NCBI GenBank assembly: GCA_034659275.1
Contig: JAYEGY010000049.1
Coordinates: forward strand, 121-64,120
Source of the DNA: Bacteroidota bacterium
GTDB taxonomy: Bacteria; Bacteroidota; Bacteroidia; Bacteroidales; VadinHA17
Length of the DNA: 64,000 bases
Direction: 5' to 3'
The notes under the pieces were generated by a model. That model saw nothing but the letters and a program-made list of their open reading frames with translations, searched no databases and was not told the origin of the DNA. Each line of letters begins with the position of its first letter. The first letter of the stretch is position 1. Made by a program: the position numbers and the translations under genes. Below are positions 40,465 to 50,542 of this stretch, one piece after another.

Positions 40465-40977
40465 CTAATTACCCTTTAGATTCATATCATCGAGGAGCCT
40501 CCCAATGAGTTTATTCTGTGCCTTACTGTCTTTGAGTTTTTTACCCAATATTTTTTCCGCTATATCTACTGACAGAGTGGCTATCTGATTTTTTATATCA
40601 GTAATTGCCATTGTTTTTTCTCTTTCGATAGTGATACGCGCTTTTTTGATCATTTTGTCGGCTTCATTTCCTGCCTGTTTTTTTGCTTCTTCGATCATTT
40701 TATTCTTTGAATCGCGGGCTTCTTTGAGCATCTCATCATATTCTTCACGCGCTTCCTGCAGCATGGCTTCATTATTTGCCTTAAGGCGTTCCATCTCCTT
40801 ACGGGCTTCTTCAGCTGACTTCAGCGAGCTCCGTATGCTCTCTTCCCTTGCTTTTATTGCCGCCAGGATCGGTTTCCAGGCAAAAGCTCTCAGTAAAAGG
40901 AGAAGAAGGGTAAAAATAATGGTGGTCCATACTATTGTCCCCACATCCGGTGTTGTAACACTACTGGCAAGTATCAT
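40465..40977 (-). CDS. atpF: ATP synthase F0 b
   Basis: N-terminal TM, FAWKPIL, coiled coil. Confidence 0.95.
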   Translation of the reverse strand: MILASSVTTPDVGTIVWTTIIFTLLLLLLRAFAWKPILAAIKAREESIRSSLKSAEEARKEMERLKANNEAMLQEAREEYDEMLKEARDSKNKMIEEAKKQAGNEADKMIKKARITIEREKTMAITDIKNQIATLSVDIAEKILGKKLKDSKAQNKLIGRLLDDMNLKGN

Positions 40978-41043
40978 GATTCTGATAATTTTAAATTTAA
41001 AGGCATGCCTGCAAGCAATCCTTACAGGCTGCCAACAATTTCA

Positions 41044-41244
41044 CTACACAATAAGAGCAACCACAACAGCAAACAGGGCAACCCCTTCAATCAGGGCAGC
41101 TGAAATAATCATTGATGTGTTTATATTCGATGCTGCTTCGGGCTGGCGTGCTATTGCTTCCATAGCCTGTGCGCCAATTCGTCCAATACCCCAGGCGGCC
41201 CCAATAACTGCAATTGCTGCTGCGAACGCTGATAAACCTTCCAT
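41044..41244 (-). CDS. atpE: ATP synthase F0 c
   Basis: ARQPE loop, ALIEG. Confidence 0.96.
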   Translation of the reverse strand: MEGLSAFAAAIAVIGAAWGIGRIGAQAMEAIARQPEAASNINTSMIISAALIEGVALFAVVVALIV

Positions 41245-41269
41245 AATAATTAATTTTAGTTTAAAAATA

Positions 41270-42385
41270 TTAATGATGCTCCTCTACGGCCAAGCCAATA
41301 AACAGGGCCGATAATAAGGTAAAAACGTATGCCTGAATAAATGCCACCAGTATTTCGAGGCAATTCATAAATAAACCCATTAAAATCGATATCGGTGCCA
41401 TTGTCAGCGACCTGAAAATAAATATCAGGGCAACAAGGCTAAGCAGAATGATATGTCCTGCCATTATATTGGCAAAAAGACGAATCATAAGCGAAAAGGG
41501 TTTCACAACAATACTTATCATTTCAATGACAGGCATTATTGGGACCGGTGCCTTAAGCCACCACGGCACTCCCGGAGTATTGAAAATATGCTGCCAGTAC
41601 GCTTTGCTTCCGCTTAAATTTGTGATAAGCATGGTGAATGCAGCCAGTGTAAATGTAACGGCTATGTCTCCTGTTACGTTGGCACCGCCGGGAATAATGG
41701 GCACCAGGCCCAGAAGATTATTTATAAGTATGAAAAAGAATACCGTCAAAAGATAAGGTAAAAAGCGTCTGTGCTTACCCTGTCCGATATTGGGTTTTGC
41801 AATATCATCCCTTATAAAAAGTATCAGCGGCTCAAGAAAGCCCTGTTTCCCTTTGGGGGTACTGATACCCGTTTTCCGGTATGACCTTGCGAGTGATATA
41901 AAAATCCATAATAACAAAACTGAGGCCATAAGCATGGCCGCCACATTTTTTGTCACTGAAAGGTCAAAGGGCAGGTAATCCGTGTTCACCATGCCCTCCT
42001 CATCCAGTTCCACAATCCTGCCTTCCAGCTCTCCCTCATCCATTATCTTAAAACCCCTGTGGCTATGACCATGGGCAAGGTGCCTGGATGAAAAAACATT
42101 CAGTCCCTTTGTTTTACTGTATACTATGACAGGAAGATAAAGGCTTACATGATGCCCGTCAGGGGTGGTTAATATATGCCATTCATGAGCATCATCTATA
42201 TGGTCAAAAATAAATTTACGTGCATTAAATTCCTCATCATCTTCTATGTCTTCATCTTCTGTTATTGCAGACGGGAATGTAGTATTATAAGCAGGATAAT
42301 CCCCGTAACGGGCCACCTCCGCAGAAGAATTTACCCCGGGACCAACAATGAGTATTATTATGAGAAGAATGCTCCTTATCTTCAA
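41270..42385 (-). CDS. atpB: ATP synthase F0 a with N-terminal extension
   Basis: HIDDAHEWH, TGDIAVT, IRLFANIMAGH, FIQAYVF. Confidence 0.95.
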   Translation of the reverse strand: MKIRSILLIIILIVGPGVNSSAEVARYGDYPAYNTTFPSAITEDEDIEDDEEFNARKFIFDHIDDAHEWHILTTPDGHHVSLYLPVIVYSKTKGLNVFSSRHLAHGHSHRGFKIMDEGELEGRIVELDEEGMVNTDYLPFDLSVTKNVAAMLMASVLLLWIFISLARSYRKTGISTPKGKQGFLEPLILFIRDDIAKPNIGQGKHRRFLPYLLTVFFFILINNLLGLVPIIPGGANVTGDIAVTFTLAAFTMLITNLSGSKAYWQHIFNTPGVPWWLKAPVPIMPVIEMISIVVKPFSLMIRLFANIMAGHIILLSLVALIFIFRSLTMAPISILMGLFMNCLEILVAFIQAYVFTLLSALFIGLAVEEHH

Positions 42386-42392
42386 TCCTTGC

Positions 42393-42782
42393 TTATTTTA
42401 AAGACCTTACTTTCAGCACCTTAAGCATAACCTTAAGGAGGTAAACCGTGAAGGCTAAATATAACAAAAAAAACAACACTATATACTCCGGCCCGGTTCT
42501 TTTCAGGATAATGAAATATGTCAGGGCAAATATGCTTGAGAGTACGAACTTAAGTCCAATTGTTACCATGGTGAATACCGGTTGTCGTTCCGCTTCCCTG
42601 GTTATCCCGACGATAAACACAATGAAGGACAGGGCAATAATCACAGGGAATACAATTCCCGGAAGCAAGAGATCTCTGACGGTAAGCCCGGCCGGTAAAA
42701 CATATATGGCCACGGCCGATAAGGCAAAAAGAAGCAAGGAAAATAATAAAAGGTGTATAAATATTCGTACGGGGCTTTTCAT
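42393..42782 (-). CDS. AtpI-like four-TM membrane protein
   Basis: Four TM segments; immediately upstream of atpB. Confidence 0.65.
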   Translation of the reverse strand: MKSPVRIFIHLLLFSLLLFALSAVAIYVLPAGLTVRDLLLPGIVFPVIIALSFIVFIVGITREAERQPVFTMVTIGLKFVLSSIFALTYFIILKRTGPEYIVLFFLLYLAFTVYLLKVMLKVLKVRSLK

Positions 42783-42848
42783 ACGTTAAAATTTTTATTC
42801 ACTTAATTGATGAAATTGCTATGCTGGGCGCCTGGTCTTATCATCATT

Positions 42849-43118
42849 TTATTTTTTCCCGATAAAATCCTTCAGTGATGTATACAGCGCGGCAAAGACC
42901 CCAAGGAGGGAAAGTATTACAGTAAATACAGGTGTTTCGCCACCTCTGCGTTCATCAAGTTTAACACCGGCATAAGTCATCAGCCCGATAATAATGATCA
43001 TCTGAAAAGCTATGCTTGAATACCTGGCATATGATTTTACATCTTTACTCTTCTTTTGTGACTTCTTTTTTTGTGATTGGCTGTTGTTTTTCTGCTCCTG
43101 GTCTTTCTTGCTGCTCAT
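42849..43118 (-). CDS. AtpZ/AtpI family protein
   Basis: YARYSSIAFQM, G.KLD, two TM segments. Confidence 0.8.
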   Translation of the reverse strand: MSSKKDQEQKNNSQSQKKKSQKKSKDVKSYARYSSIAFQMIIIIGLMTYAGVKLDERRGGETPVFTVILSLLGVFAALYTSLKDFIGKK

Positions 43119-43461
43119 GATCGTCAGTCATATTACAATTGCCGGTAAATCTGGCCCCGGGCTCAATTGATAGTTTATCAGTTATGATATCCCCATTAAT
43201 GCGTGATGATATTTTAAGTGTGAGCAACTGACTTACGCTTATCTTACCATTCACTTCTCCGGAGACTTCCGAATTTTTGCACGCCACTTCTCCTTTTACT
43301 TTCCCCGTGTTCCCAATAACAACTTTCCCCTTGGTTGAAAGGTTACCAATCAGTGTTCCATCTATCCTTATATCTCCTTCTGAATTAACGTCTCCTGTTA
43401 TCTCAGTGCCGTTACTTATCAGGTTGATATTTGAATTTTCCGTTTCATTAACCTTTGCCAT
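43045..43461 (-). CDS. Bactofilin (polymer-forming cytoskeletal protein)
   Basis: ISNGTEITGDV..EGDIRIDG, GDI....L.IEPGARF.G.C.M. Confidence 0.9.
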   Translation of the reverse strand: MAKVNETENSNINLISNGTEITGDVNSEGDIRIDGTLIGNLSTKGKVVIGNTGKVKGEVACKNSEVSGEVNGKISVSQLLTLKISSRINGDIITDKLSIEPGARFTGNCNMTDDHEQQERPGAEKQQPITKKEVTKEE

Positions 43462-43529
43462 GTCTTACATATTATAATATTAATTTGATAACTCTCAAAG
43501 TTAATAAGTATTGTGATAAAAACAGGTAT

Positions 43530-44534
43530 TTATTTCTTTTTAGTATCGTACGACCATTTAATATATACTGATCCCCAGGTAAATCCTCCACCAAAAGCAG
43601 CCAGGATAATATTATCCCCTTTATGCATCCTGCTTTCGTATTCCCACATGCACAATGGTATTGTTGCCGCGGTGGTATTACCAAATCTTTCAATATTAAT
43701 CATTATTTGTGAAGGTTCAAGTCCCATTCTTTTCCCTGTTGCATGAATTATCCTCAGGTTGGCCTGGTGTGGTATCAACCATGCAATGTCATCCGAAGTG
43801 AGCTTATTTCTTTTCATCACTTCCACTGCCACATCTGCCATATGAGATACCGCGAACCTGAATACTGCCTGTCCTTCCTGGAAAACAGAATGTTCTTTTG
43901 CATCAACGGTTTCATGGCTTGCCGGTTTTTCTGAACCTCCTGCTTTCATATGGAGATATTGCTTGCCTCTTCCGTCACTGTGTAAGAGGTGGTCTATTAT
44001 CCCATTGTCATCTGTGGCGGGCTCAAGCAGGACAGCCCCGGCAGCATCACCAAAGAGTGGACATGTGGTTCTGTCAGTGTAATCAGTTATTGATGACATT
44101 TTATCGGCTCCCACCATGATTACTTTTTTATACCGTCCCGAGCAGACATATTCGGCTGCAGTTTGCAAGCCAAAAATAAAACCTGAGCATGCAGCATTAA
44201 GATCAAAACTGAATGCATTCTTTATTCCTACCTTATCTGAAATGATAGTTGCTGTGGCAGGGAAAATCATATCGGGTGTCACGGTTGCACAGATCAGAAG
44301 GTCAATCTCATCGGGGCGGGTTCCTGTTTTTTCAAGCAAGCCTTTTACAGCTTCGGCACCCATAACGGAAGAACCCATGTTTTCTCCTTTCAATATCCTT
44401 CTTTCTTTTATGCCAACCCTTTGCATTATCCATTCATCGGAGGTGTCAACCATCGTTGCCAGTTCGTCATTTGTCAACCTGTATTCAGGGAACCATGCGT
44501 TTACCCCGGTTATTGCAGCTCTAATTTTTTCCAT
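43530..44534 (-). CDS. fabH: Beta-ketoacyl-ACP synthase III
   Basis: AACSGF, FGDAAGA, PHQAN, GNTTAA. Confidence 0.96.
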   Translation of the reverse strand: MEKIRAAITGVNAWFPEYRLTNDELATMVDTSDEWIMQRVGIKERRILKGENMGSSVMGAEAVKGLLEKTGTRPDEIDLLICATVTPDMIFPATATIISDKVGIKNAFSFDLNAACSGFIFGLQTAAEYVCSGRYKKVIMVGADKMSSITDYTDRTTCPLFGDAAGAVLLEPATDDNGIIDHLLHSDGRGKQYLHMKAGGSEKPASHETVDAKEHSVFQEGQAVFRFAVSHMADVAVEVMKRNKLTSDDIAWLIPHQANLRIIHATGKRMGLEPSQIMINIERFGNTTAATIPLCMWEYESRMHKGDNIILAAFGGGFTWGSVYIKWSYDTKKK

Positions 44535-44535
44535 G

Positions 44536-45474
44536 TCAAATTTCTTCTGTGATTTTTTTCGCCAGATCGGCGTTTATAACATCTCTTGTCTGCAGGATCA
44601 TATTCACAACAGTCCTTCGGCGTGATATACCGTGTCCGATTACAACATTAGCATTAATCCCGACAACAGGCGTACCGCCGAAATTTTCAAAATTCAGGCG
44701 TTCAAAAAATTCATCCTTAAGATTTCTCTCTTTATATATGTAATAAAAAGCCTCACCCTGTTTAATTATTATGTTACCAACAAAACCGTCACACACAACC
44801 ACATCTGTCATGCTGGCTGTAAAAAGGACATTAGCTTCGACATTGCCAACAAAATTAACAGCCGGATTATCTTTAAGCAATTCATGCGCTCCTCTTACAG
44901 CAACAGAGCCCTTTGTTTCTTCTTCACCTATGTTCAGTAAGCCTACGGTTGGATTATTTATTCTTAGTACATATTTTGCATAAAGGCTGCCCAATTTTGC
45001 ATATTGAAGCAGAACATCGGGCTTGCAGTCAGGATTGAGACCTACATCAAGCAACACTGACTTACCGCCGTCAGATGTGGGAATGGCTAATACCAGTGCG
45101 GGTCGAAAGACTCCCGGTATTACATTTACGGTATAACTGGCCCCCACCAGCATGGCTCCTGTATTACCTGCGCTGGCGAAACCATCAATTTCACTTTCTT
45201 TCAGAAGCTTGTAACCAACAGCAATACTCGAATTTCTTTTTTGTGAAAATGCGCGGGCAGGATGTTCTCCCATCTCAATAACTTCTGTGGAGGGTACCAA
45301 TTCAAATGCAGAAAGATCTATACCTTCCCTCTTTGCCTGATCCCTGAGTACCTTTTCATCACCTATCAGTACAATTTCCTCCCCCGGCATAAGGGACCCT
45401 AAAGCATCAAATGCACCTTCGAGGATTGCCCCGGGTGCATAATCTCCGCCCATTACATCGAGCCCTATCTTCAT
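44536..45474 (-). CDS. plsX: Phosphate acyltransferase
   Basis: [36 protein letters not shown]. Confidence 0.95.
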   Translation of the reverse strand: MKIGLDVMGGDYAPGAILEGAFDALGSLMPGEEIVLIGDEKVLRDQAKREGIDLSAFELVPSTEVIEMGEHPARAFSQKRNSSIAVGYKLLKESEIDGFASAGNTGAMLVGASYTVNVIPGVFRPALVLAIPTSDGGKSVLLDVGLNPDCKPDVLLQYAKLGSLYAKYVLRINNPTVGLLNIGEEETKGSVAVRGAHELLKDNPAVNFVGNVEANVLFTASMTDVVVCDGFVGNIIIKQGEAFYYIYKERNLKDEFFERLNFENFGGTPVVGINANVVIGHGISRRRTVVNMILQTRDVINADLAKKITEEI

Positions 45475-45484
45475 ATTTCAGTGT

Positions 45485-45670
45485 TTAAGCAGATATATCC
45501 TTCTCTATAGCCAGCTTACCCCTGTAATGACCGCATTCAGGGCATACCCTGTGAAACTTCACCGCTGCACCGCAGTTCGGACAGTTCGTTATTGTAGGAG
45601 CTGTGGCTTTATAATGGGTTCTGCGTTTATCCCTTCTTGTCTTAGATATTTTTCTTTTAGGATGTGCCAT
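45485..45670 (-). CDS. rpmF: 50S ribosomal protein L32
   Basis: MAHPKRKISKTRRDKRR, CxxC...CxxC. Confidence 0.97.
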   Translation of the reverse strand: MAHPKRKISKTRRDKRRTHYKATAPTITNCPNCGAAVKFHRVCPECGHYRGKLAIEKDISA

Positions 45671-45683
45671 TTTTTCCCTATTT

Positions 45684-46208
45684 CTAGTTATTAGTATTTT
45701 TTAATTTCTCCAGTTCCGTCCATCGAGGATCAAGATCTTTATTTCCACGAACAAGGTGTTCCTCGAGCTTCTTGAGCATCTTCGGGTTACATGTAGAGTT
45801 GCCATATTCATCATCAGGATGCATTTTCTTAAGCGGTAGCCCCAGGTGGGCAAATTCATAAAAGAGCTGGTCTAAAACAAATTCATTTTCACCATAGGGT
45901 ATTATAATAACCTCATCATTAACCTCTTCCCATTGCTCCCCGAACTTAATCAATACACCGTCATCGGTGTTCAAATCCTGTGTATACATATCAAGACACC
46001 TGTCACACATAAGTCTGACCGTGCCACTTAGTTTGATCCCGATCTCTATATGAGCTGATCGTTTTTCAAGACTGACGGCAGCCTGCAGTTCCGCCTCTTG
46101 GATCTCTGATTTCTCAAAGTGAGAAAAAAAATTTCTATCAATTTTAAAATCATATAGATGATTCCCCTCTTTCAATCCCGTCAATGGTATTTTGTATAAT
46201 CCCGTCAT
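45684..46208 (-). CDS. yceD: DUF177/YceD protein
   Basis: CDRCL, DPRW; upstream of rpmF. Confidence 0.9.
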   Translation of the reverse strand: MTGLYKIPLTGLKEGNHLYDFKIDRNFFSHFEKSEIQEAELQAAVSLEKRSAHIEIGIKLSGTVRLMCDRCLDMYTQDLNTDDGVLIKFGEQWEEVNDEVIIIPYGENEFVLDQLFYEFAHLGLPLKKMHPDDEYGNSTCNPKMLKKLEEHLVRGNKDLDPRWTELEKLKNTNN

Positions 46209-46228
46209 AATATTCTAAAATTGGTGTG

Positions 46229-46236
46229 CAAAAATA
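46229..46236 (-). promoter_or_regulatory. -7 promoter box for the yceD-rpmF-plsX-fabH cluster
   Basis: TATTTTTG on the minus strand, 20 bp upstream of the ATG. Confidence 0.5.
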
Positions 46237-46393
46237 AAAAAGCTTATCCAATTATTAAAGACAATGGGTAAAAAAGTAGAAAAATAAGCAATCAGGAGCT
46301 GTTTACCGGCAAAAAATTGTCTTTTGCCGATTAAGCATAGCATCACAAGGTTGTTAATAGTTATTTTTGAACTACAATTTAAATCTTATTATC

Positions 46394-46735
46394 ATGAACG
46401 ATAAAAAACATAATCCCGGTCAAAAGGTAGGAATTTTTCTTATTATACTGGGTTTATTCCTGGGTGCTGTCATGCTGGATGTTCTTAACCTGGGCAGCTT
46501 CCGGGAATATTTTGTATGGCCAATGCTTGTAATATTTATCGGGATGGTTTCCTTTTTCAACAGTAATGCCGCCGCAGGTATTATACTGGTAGCCGTAGGT
46601 GGATACTTCTTCCTGCCACGCATAGACTATGAACTACCGCTGATCTATGAGAAACTTTATTGGCCAACGGCCATCATACTGGCAGGACTGGCATTTATTG
46701 TATCAGGTATAATAAGACGGCACCGCAGAATTTAA
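46394..46735 (+). CDS. LiaF-type transmembrane domain protein (DUF5668-like)
   Basis: G..LI.LG, WP...I.IG, YWP.A.ILAG; ATG 46394. Confidence 0.75.
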   Translation: MNDKKHNPGQKVGIFLIILGLFLGAVMLDVLNLGSFREYFVWPMLVIFIGMVSFFNSNAAAGIILVAVGGYFFLPRIDYELPLIYEKLYWPTAIILAGLAFIVSGIIRRHRRI

Positions 46736-46763
46736 TTGTCAAATTATGCAATAATCAAAAAAA

Positions 46764-47507
46764 ATGAGAGATATGAAACACCGTTCAAATTTAGAAAACA
46801 GACCTCACCGCAGTTATTCGGCCACAAGCAAGATTGCTATAGGTGTGGTACTGATACTGTTGGGATTTATGCTGATCATAAGAAACACCGGCTTTATGCC
46901 AAATTATTTTGAAGACATAATCTTCAGCTGGCAAATGCTGCTTATTGCCATAGGTTTTATAATGACCCTGGGTACCGGGAACAAAACACCCGGGCTTATA
47001 GTGATGGCTGTTGGTGGATTTTTTATAATCCCTGAAGTATTGGATATACCCTTCAGGACTTACAGGTTATTCTGGCCTGCAGTACTTATAATCATTGGTA
47101 TAATAGTAATAACAAATGCAAGGTTGTTCAGAAGAGAACACTGGAGATCAGAAACGAGCTCATCAAATGATGTCATTGACATGGTCAATATCTTTGGTGG
47201 GGGGGAAAGGCGGATCCTGAGCCAGAACTTCCAGGGAGGGAAAATCTCCTGTGTGTTCGGAGGCGGCGAAATTGACCTTACAAAGGCCAGGCTGGCAGAA
47301 GGCACCCATGAGCTGGAAATAGCATGTGTCTTCGGAGGGGTATCACTCGTTGTTCCGCCCGACTGGAATATCATTATTGATGTGACGCCCGTTTTGGGAG
47401 GATTCTCCGATGACCGCAAGACGGCGGGTTCAGTTATAGATATGTCTAAAACACTTGTTGTTAGAGGAGCTGTTGTTTTTGGCGGAGGTGAAATAAAAGG
47501 TTACTGA
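46764..47507 (+). CDS. LiaF-like cell-wall antibiotic response protein
   Basis: TM domain plus IFGG, CVFGGGEIDL, VPPDW, VVFGGGEIK beta-helix motifs. Confidence 0.85.
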   Translation: MRDMKHRSNLENRPHRSYSATSKIAIGVVLILLGFMLIIRNTGFMPNYFEDIIFSWQMLLIAIGFIMTLGTGNKTPGLIVMAVGGFFIIPEVLDIPFRTYRLFWPAVLIIIGIIVITNARLFRREHWRSETSSSNDVIDMVNIFGGGERRILSQNFQGGKISCVFGGGEIDLTKARLAEGTHELEIACVFGGVSLVVPPDWNIIIDVTPVLGGFSDDRKTAGSVIDMSKTLVVRGAVVFGGGEIKGY

Positions 47508-47509
47508 TA

Positions 47510-48574
47510 ATGGTCCATCCCTTCCTCGGCAAACGAAACAGGCTGCTTGTTTACTGGCTGATCTGGCTCATCATAGGGCTGGGTCAGTCATTACTGATAA
47601 GCCTATCATCAGATATAAGTATTAATGCATCATTTAGTGATGGCTTTTTTTCAGCCTTGATATTTGCAGTTATAGCCTTGGCATTCTGGTTCCCCGTTAA
47701 GCAGTTTAATGCAAGGCGGAGCGGTTTATTGATGGCCATTGTCAATCATCTGCTTATGGCAGCTATAGCCCTGGTGATATGGATCTTTTTGACAAAGTTC
47801 CTTGTCATTTCAATACTGGAAGATTATTCAGCATACCAATCGTTCTGGAGAAACTCAATATATTACAGACTGGGAGCAGGCGCATTCATATATGCAGTGA
47901 TAATACTTACATATTATCTTACCATAAGCATTGACAACATTACAAAAAAGAATATGAGGGAAGCCCACCTTGAAAATATGCTGAAAGAAACAGAGCTTAT
48001 GATGTTACGGTCCCAGATAAATCCTCATTTTCTTTTCAATAGCCTGAACTCGATAAGTTCCCTTACAATATCAGATACTGAGAGAGCCAGAGAAATGGTC
48101 ATTAAACTGTCAGATTTCATGAGGTATGCCCTTTCCCGTAAAGAAGACCGTACCGTGAGCCTGGCAACTGAACTGGAGAACCTGAGACTCTACCTTGATA
48201 TTGAGAAAATACGTTTCGGGGAAAGACTTGTGCTTGAAGAGAAGGTCCAAAAAGAATGCCTGACCGTGAATATCCCCAATATGATATTGCAACCCCTTTA
48301 TGAAAATGCTATTAAACATGGTGTATATGAAAGCTCTGATGCGGTTAATATAAAACTGAATGCTAAAAGAATAAATGGGGCAATAATTATAAGTATCAGT
48401 AATGATTATGATCCGGAAAGCATTACATCAGGGGGCACGGGTACAGGCCTAAAAAATGTAAGGAGAAGGCTTGAACTGTATTATGGCAACAAGGCATGGC
48501 TGAAGACAACCAGGGATAAGGGGATGTTTACCGCCGAATTATTTATACCCGAACAAGCTGATATTAAATTATGA
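47510..48574 (+). CDS. LytS/YehU-type sensor histidine kinase
   Basis: Multiple TM segments; QINPHFLFNSLN, LQPLYENAIKHG, GTGL.N. Confidence 0.92.
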   Translation: MVHPFLGKRNRLLVYWLIWLIIGLGQSLLISLSSDISINASFSDGFFSALIFAVIALAFWFPVKQFNARRSGLLMAIVNHLLMAAIALVIWIFLTKFLVISILEDYSAYQSFWRNSIYYRLGAGAFIYAVIILTYYLTISIDNITKKNMREAHLENMLKETELMMLRSQINPHFLFNSLNSISSLTISDTERAREMVIKLSDFMRYALSRKEDRTVSLATELENLRLYLDIEKIRFGERLVLEEKVQKECLTVNIPNMILQPLYENAIKHGVYESSDAVNIKLNAKRINGAIIISISNDYDPESITSGGTGTGLKNVRRRLELYYGNKAWLKTTRDKGMFTAELFIPEQADIKL

Positions 48575-49332
48575 ACGAAAGAGATCAAATTACGGCACTG
48601 ATAATCGAAGATGAGGAGCCGGCAAGAAACATAATCGAGCATTACCTGGAGAAACATGAGTCCGTTAAGATTGTAGGAGAGTGTGCCGATGGTTATTGCG
48701 GACTTATGTCAATAAAAGAACTAAATCCCGATCTTATCTTCCTTGATATTCAAATGCCCAAATTAAATGGCTTTGAATTACTGGAAATCCTGGAGGAAAA
48801 ACCAGAGATAATATTTACCACCGCCTTCGATGAATACGCAATAAAAGCCTTCGACATGAATGCAGTGGATTACCTGCTCAAGCCCTTCCCCGAGAAACGC
48901 TTCGATGAAGCTGTTGAAAAAGCAATAACAAGGATCAGGGCAGGCGAGGATTCAACAGCTAAAGTCACCAGGTTGACCTCCGGGCTCACGGAAAGGGCTG
49001 CGCCCCTGAACCGGATAGTCATAAGAAAAGGCAATGCTATCAGCTTTATTCCTGTGAAAAACATAAGGTATATGCAGGCTGAAGATGATTATGTTATGAT
49101 TTACCACCTGAACGGCAAAGCACTTAAGCAGCAAACAATGAAATACTATGAAGGGAACCTTCCGGATAATGATTTTGTGCGCATCCACAGATCATTTTTA
49201 GCATCGATTGAACATATTGCAAGGATTGAACCATATGGTAAAGACACATATATAGCTGTTATGAAGGAAGGTGAACGCCTTCCTGTAAGCCGCACGGGAT
49301 ATAAAAAGCTTAAGGAAAAGATCAGTTTTTGA
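48571..49332 (+). CDS. LytTR response regulator
   Basis: IIEDE, FLDIQMP, FTTAF, YLLKP, F.RIHRS, VSR. Confidence 0.95.
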   Translation: MNERDQITALIIEDEEPARNIIEHYLEKHESVKIVGECADGYCGLMSIKELNPDLIFLDIQMPKLNGFELLEILEEKPEIIFTTAFDEYAIKAFDMNAVDYLLKPFPEKRFDEAVEKAITRIRAGEDSTAKVTRLTSGLTERAAPLNRIVIRKGNAISFIPVKNIRYMQAEDDYVMIYHLNGKALKQQTMKYYEGNLPDNDFVRIHRSFLASIEHIARIEPYGKDTYIAVMKEGERLPVSRTGYKKLKEKISF

Positions 49333-49334
49333 AC

Positions 49335-49640
49335 TCATCGTTTTAACCTGTTTTCCCTTGGCCACTTACCCCTGTATGTCATACATGGCCTGTATCTCTT
49401 TATCCATATCCTCGGTACCGGATCGTAACCATGAGTACCCCCGGGCCGGCACCTTGAAATACGGTTTGTTGCAAGGCAAAAACCCCTGAATGGCCCATGC
49501 AGTTTCAGTGCTTCAATAGTATATTTAGAACAGGTGGGTACATGCCTGCATGAGGGCCCTGTTAAAGGAGAAATGAACCACTTATAGAGATAAAGTGGAA
49601 TCAGCAGAATGTATATGAGTATTTTCTTAAATGCTGCCAT
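49335..49640 (-). CDS. yidD: Membrane protein insertion efficiency factor
   Basis: ISP, CRHVPTCS.Y..EAL..HG, RISRCRP, GYDPVP. Confidence 0.9.
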   Translation of the reverse strand: MAAFKKILIYILLIPLYLYKWFISPLTGPSCRHVPTCSKYTIEALKLHGPFRGFCLATNRISRCRPGGTHGYDPVPRIWIKRYRPCMTYRGKWPRENRLKR

Positions 49641-49648
49641 GTCAGATG

Positions 49649-49656
49649 CAAAGATA
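49649..49656 (-). promoter_or_regulatory. -7 promoter box for yidD
   Basis: TATCTTTG on the minus strand. Confidence 0.55.
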
Positions 49657-49663
49657 CCGATAA

Positions 49664-49756
49664 ATGGAATGATGGAATAGTGGAATAATGGGGTTGGAGC
49701 ATTAAAATTTTAACCACTAACACATCATTCCAATATTCCAGTATTCCAATATTCCA
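49664..49756. repeat. Inverted arrays of TGGAAT/ATTCCA units
   Basis: atggaatgatggaatagtggaataatgg ... tcattccaatattccagtattccaatattcca. Confidence 0.8.
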
Positions 49757-49766
49757 CTTTTTAGGA

Positions 49767-50501
49767 TTACCTGCCGGGGACATCCAGCAGGGTGGTTCGT
49801 TTCTTCATGATTCTCAGGATAAGCCAGCTTAGAAAACCGAAGGCTAGAAGCACAGCCCACATCGGGTGAACATCCAAACGTCCTTCAATAGTATAGTTTC
49901 TGGCAATATCAAGGAGTGCAAATACCAGGAATATTGCTCCAAAGCCGTTATATTCTCTTTTAAGTACGTTCCTCATGGAAAAGGGAAGGTCAGACCGGGT
50001 GTAGTTACGGAATGAAGGGATGAACGAACGCACTTTTTCTGACCACAGGTCATAAGATTCGCTGAACTTGTTTCTCAGGAACTGTTCTTCGGCAAACATT
50101 ATCCTTTCATAATACAGCCAGTATGCAAGGCAAAAAATAATGACTATCCATACTGACCGGAGGAAAATAACTGGGCCGAGCCACATAAAAAAGTTACCAA
50201 GGTAAAGGGGATGCCTTACCATCGAATAGATGCCTCTTGTATTAAGGCTTTCAGCCACCTGTTTATTTATATTTCTTCCGGAAGTGTTTTTGGGCGTCCG
50301 TCCCACTGTTAGTGCCCTTATTACCTGCCCAAGGAGGCTTACAGCAAGGCATCCTACTTCCACTGTCGGGCGATATTCAAGATTTCTGACTCCTGAAAGG
50401 TAAATATATACCAGCGAGGGGATAAAAATACACAGTGGCAGCCAGCCCCTCCTTTTAAAAAGCCAGTTTCCGCTTCTCTCAAATTCATGCACCAGTGCCA
50501 T
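49767..50501 (-). CDS. ICMT/PEMT-family membrane methyltransferase (lipid A phosphate methyltransferase LmtA-like)
   Basis: G.WLF..R..LP, LNT.GIYS.VRHPLY.GNF, YYERI..AEE.FL, KREY. Confidence 0.75.
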   Translation of the reverse strand: MALVHEFERSGNWLFKRRGWLPLCIFIPSLVYIYLSGVRNLEYRPTVEVGCLAVSLLGQVIRALTVGRTPKNTSGRNINKQVAESLNTRGIYSMVRHPLYLGNFFMWLGPVIFLRSVWIVIIFCLAYWLYYERIMFAEEQFLRNKFSESYDLWSEKVRSFIPSFRNYTRSDLPFSMRNVLKREYNGFGAIFLVFALLDIARNYTIEGRLDVHPMWAVLLAFGFLSWLILRIMKKRTTLLDVPGR

Positions 50502-50542
50502 GGATCATTGCTTTATTCTACCGGCCAAATGTATTAAATAAT

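Noticed and set aside
40631-41314. 227-aa plus-strand ORF
   Set aside because: Antisense to atpF/atpE
46307-46329. CGGCAAAA/TTTTGCCG inverted repeat upstream of the liaF genes as a LytTR site
   Set aside because: LytTR proteins typically bind direct repeats; single copy with no further support
49664-49756. CRISPR-like array in the short repeats
   Set aside because: No identical 23-47 bp repeats with unique regular spacers, and no cas genes in the window
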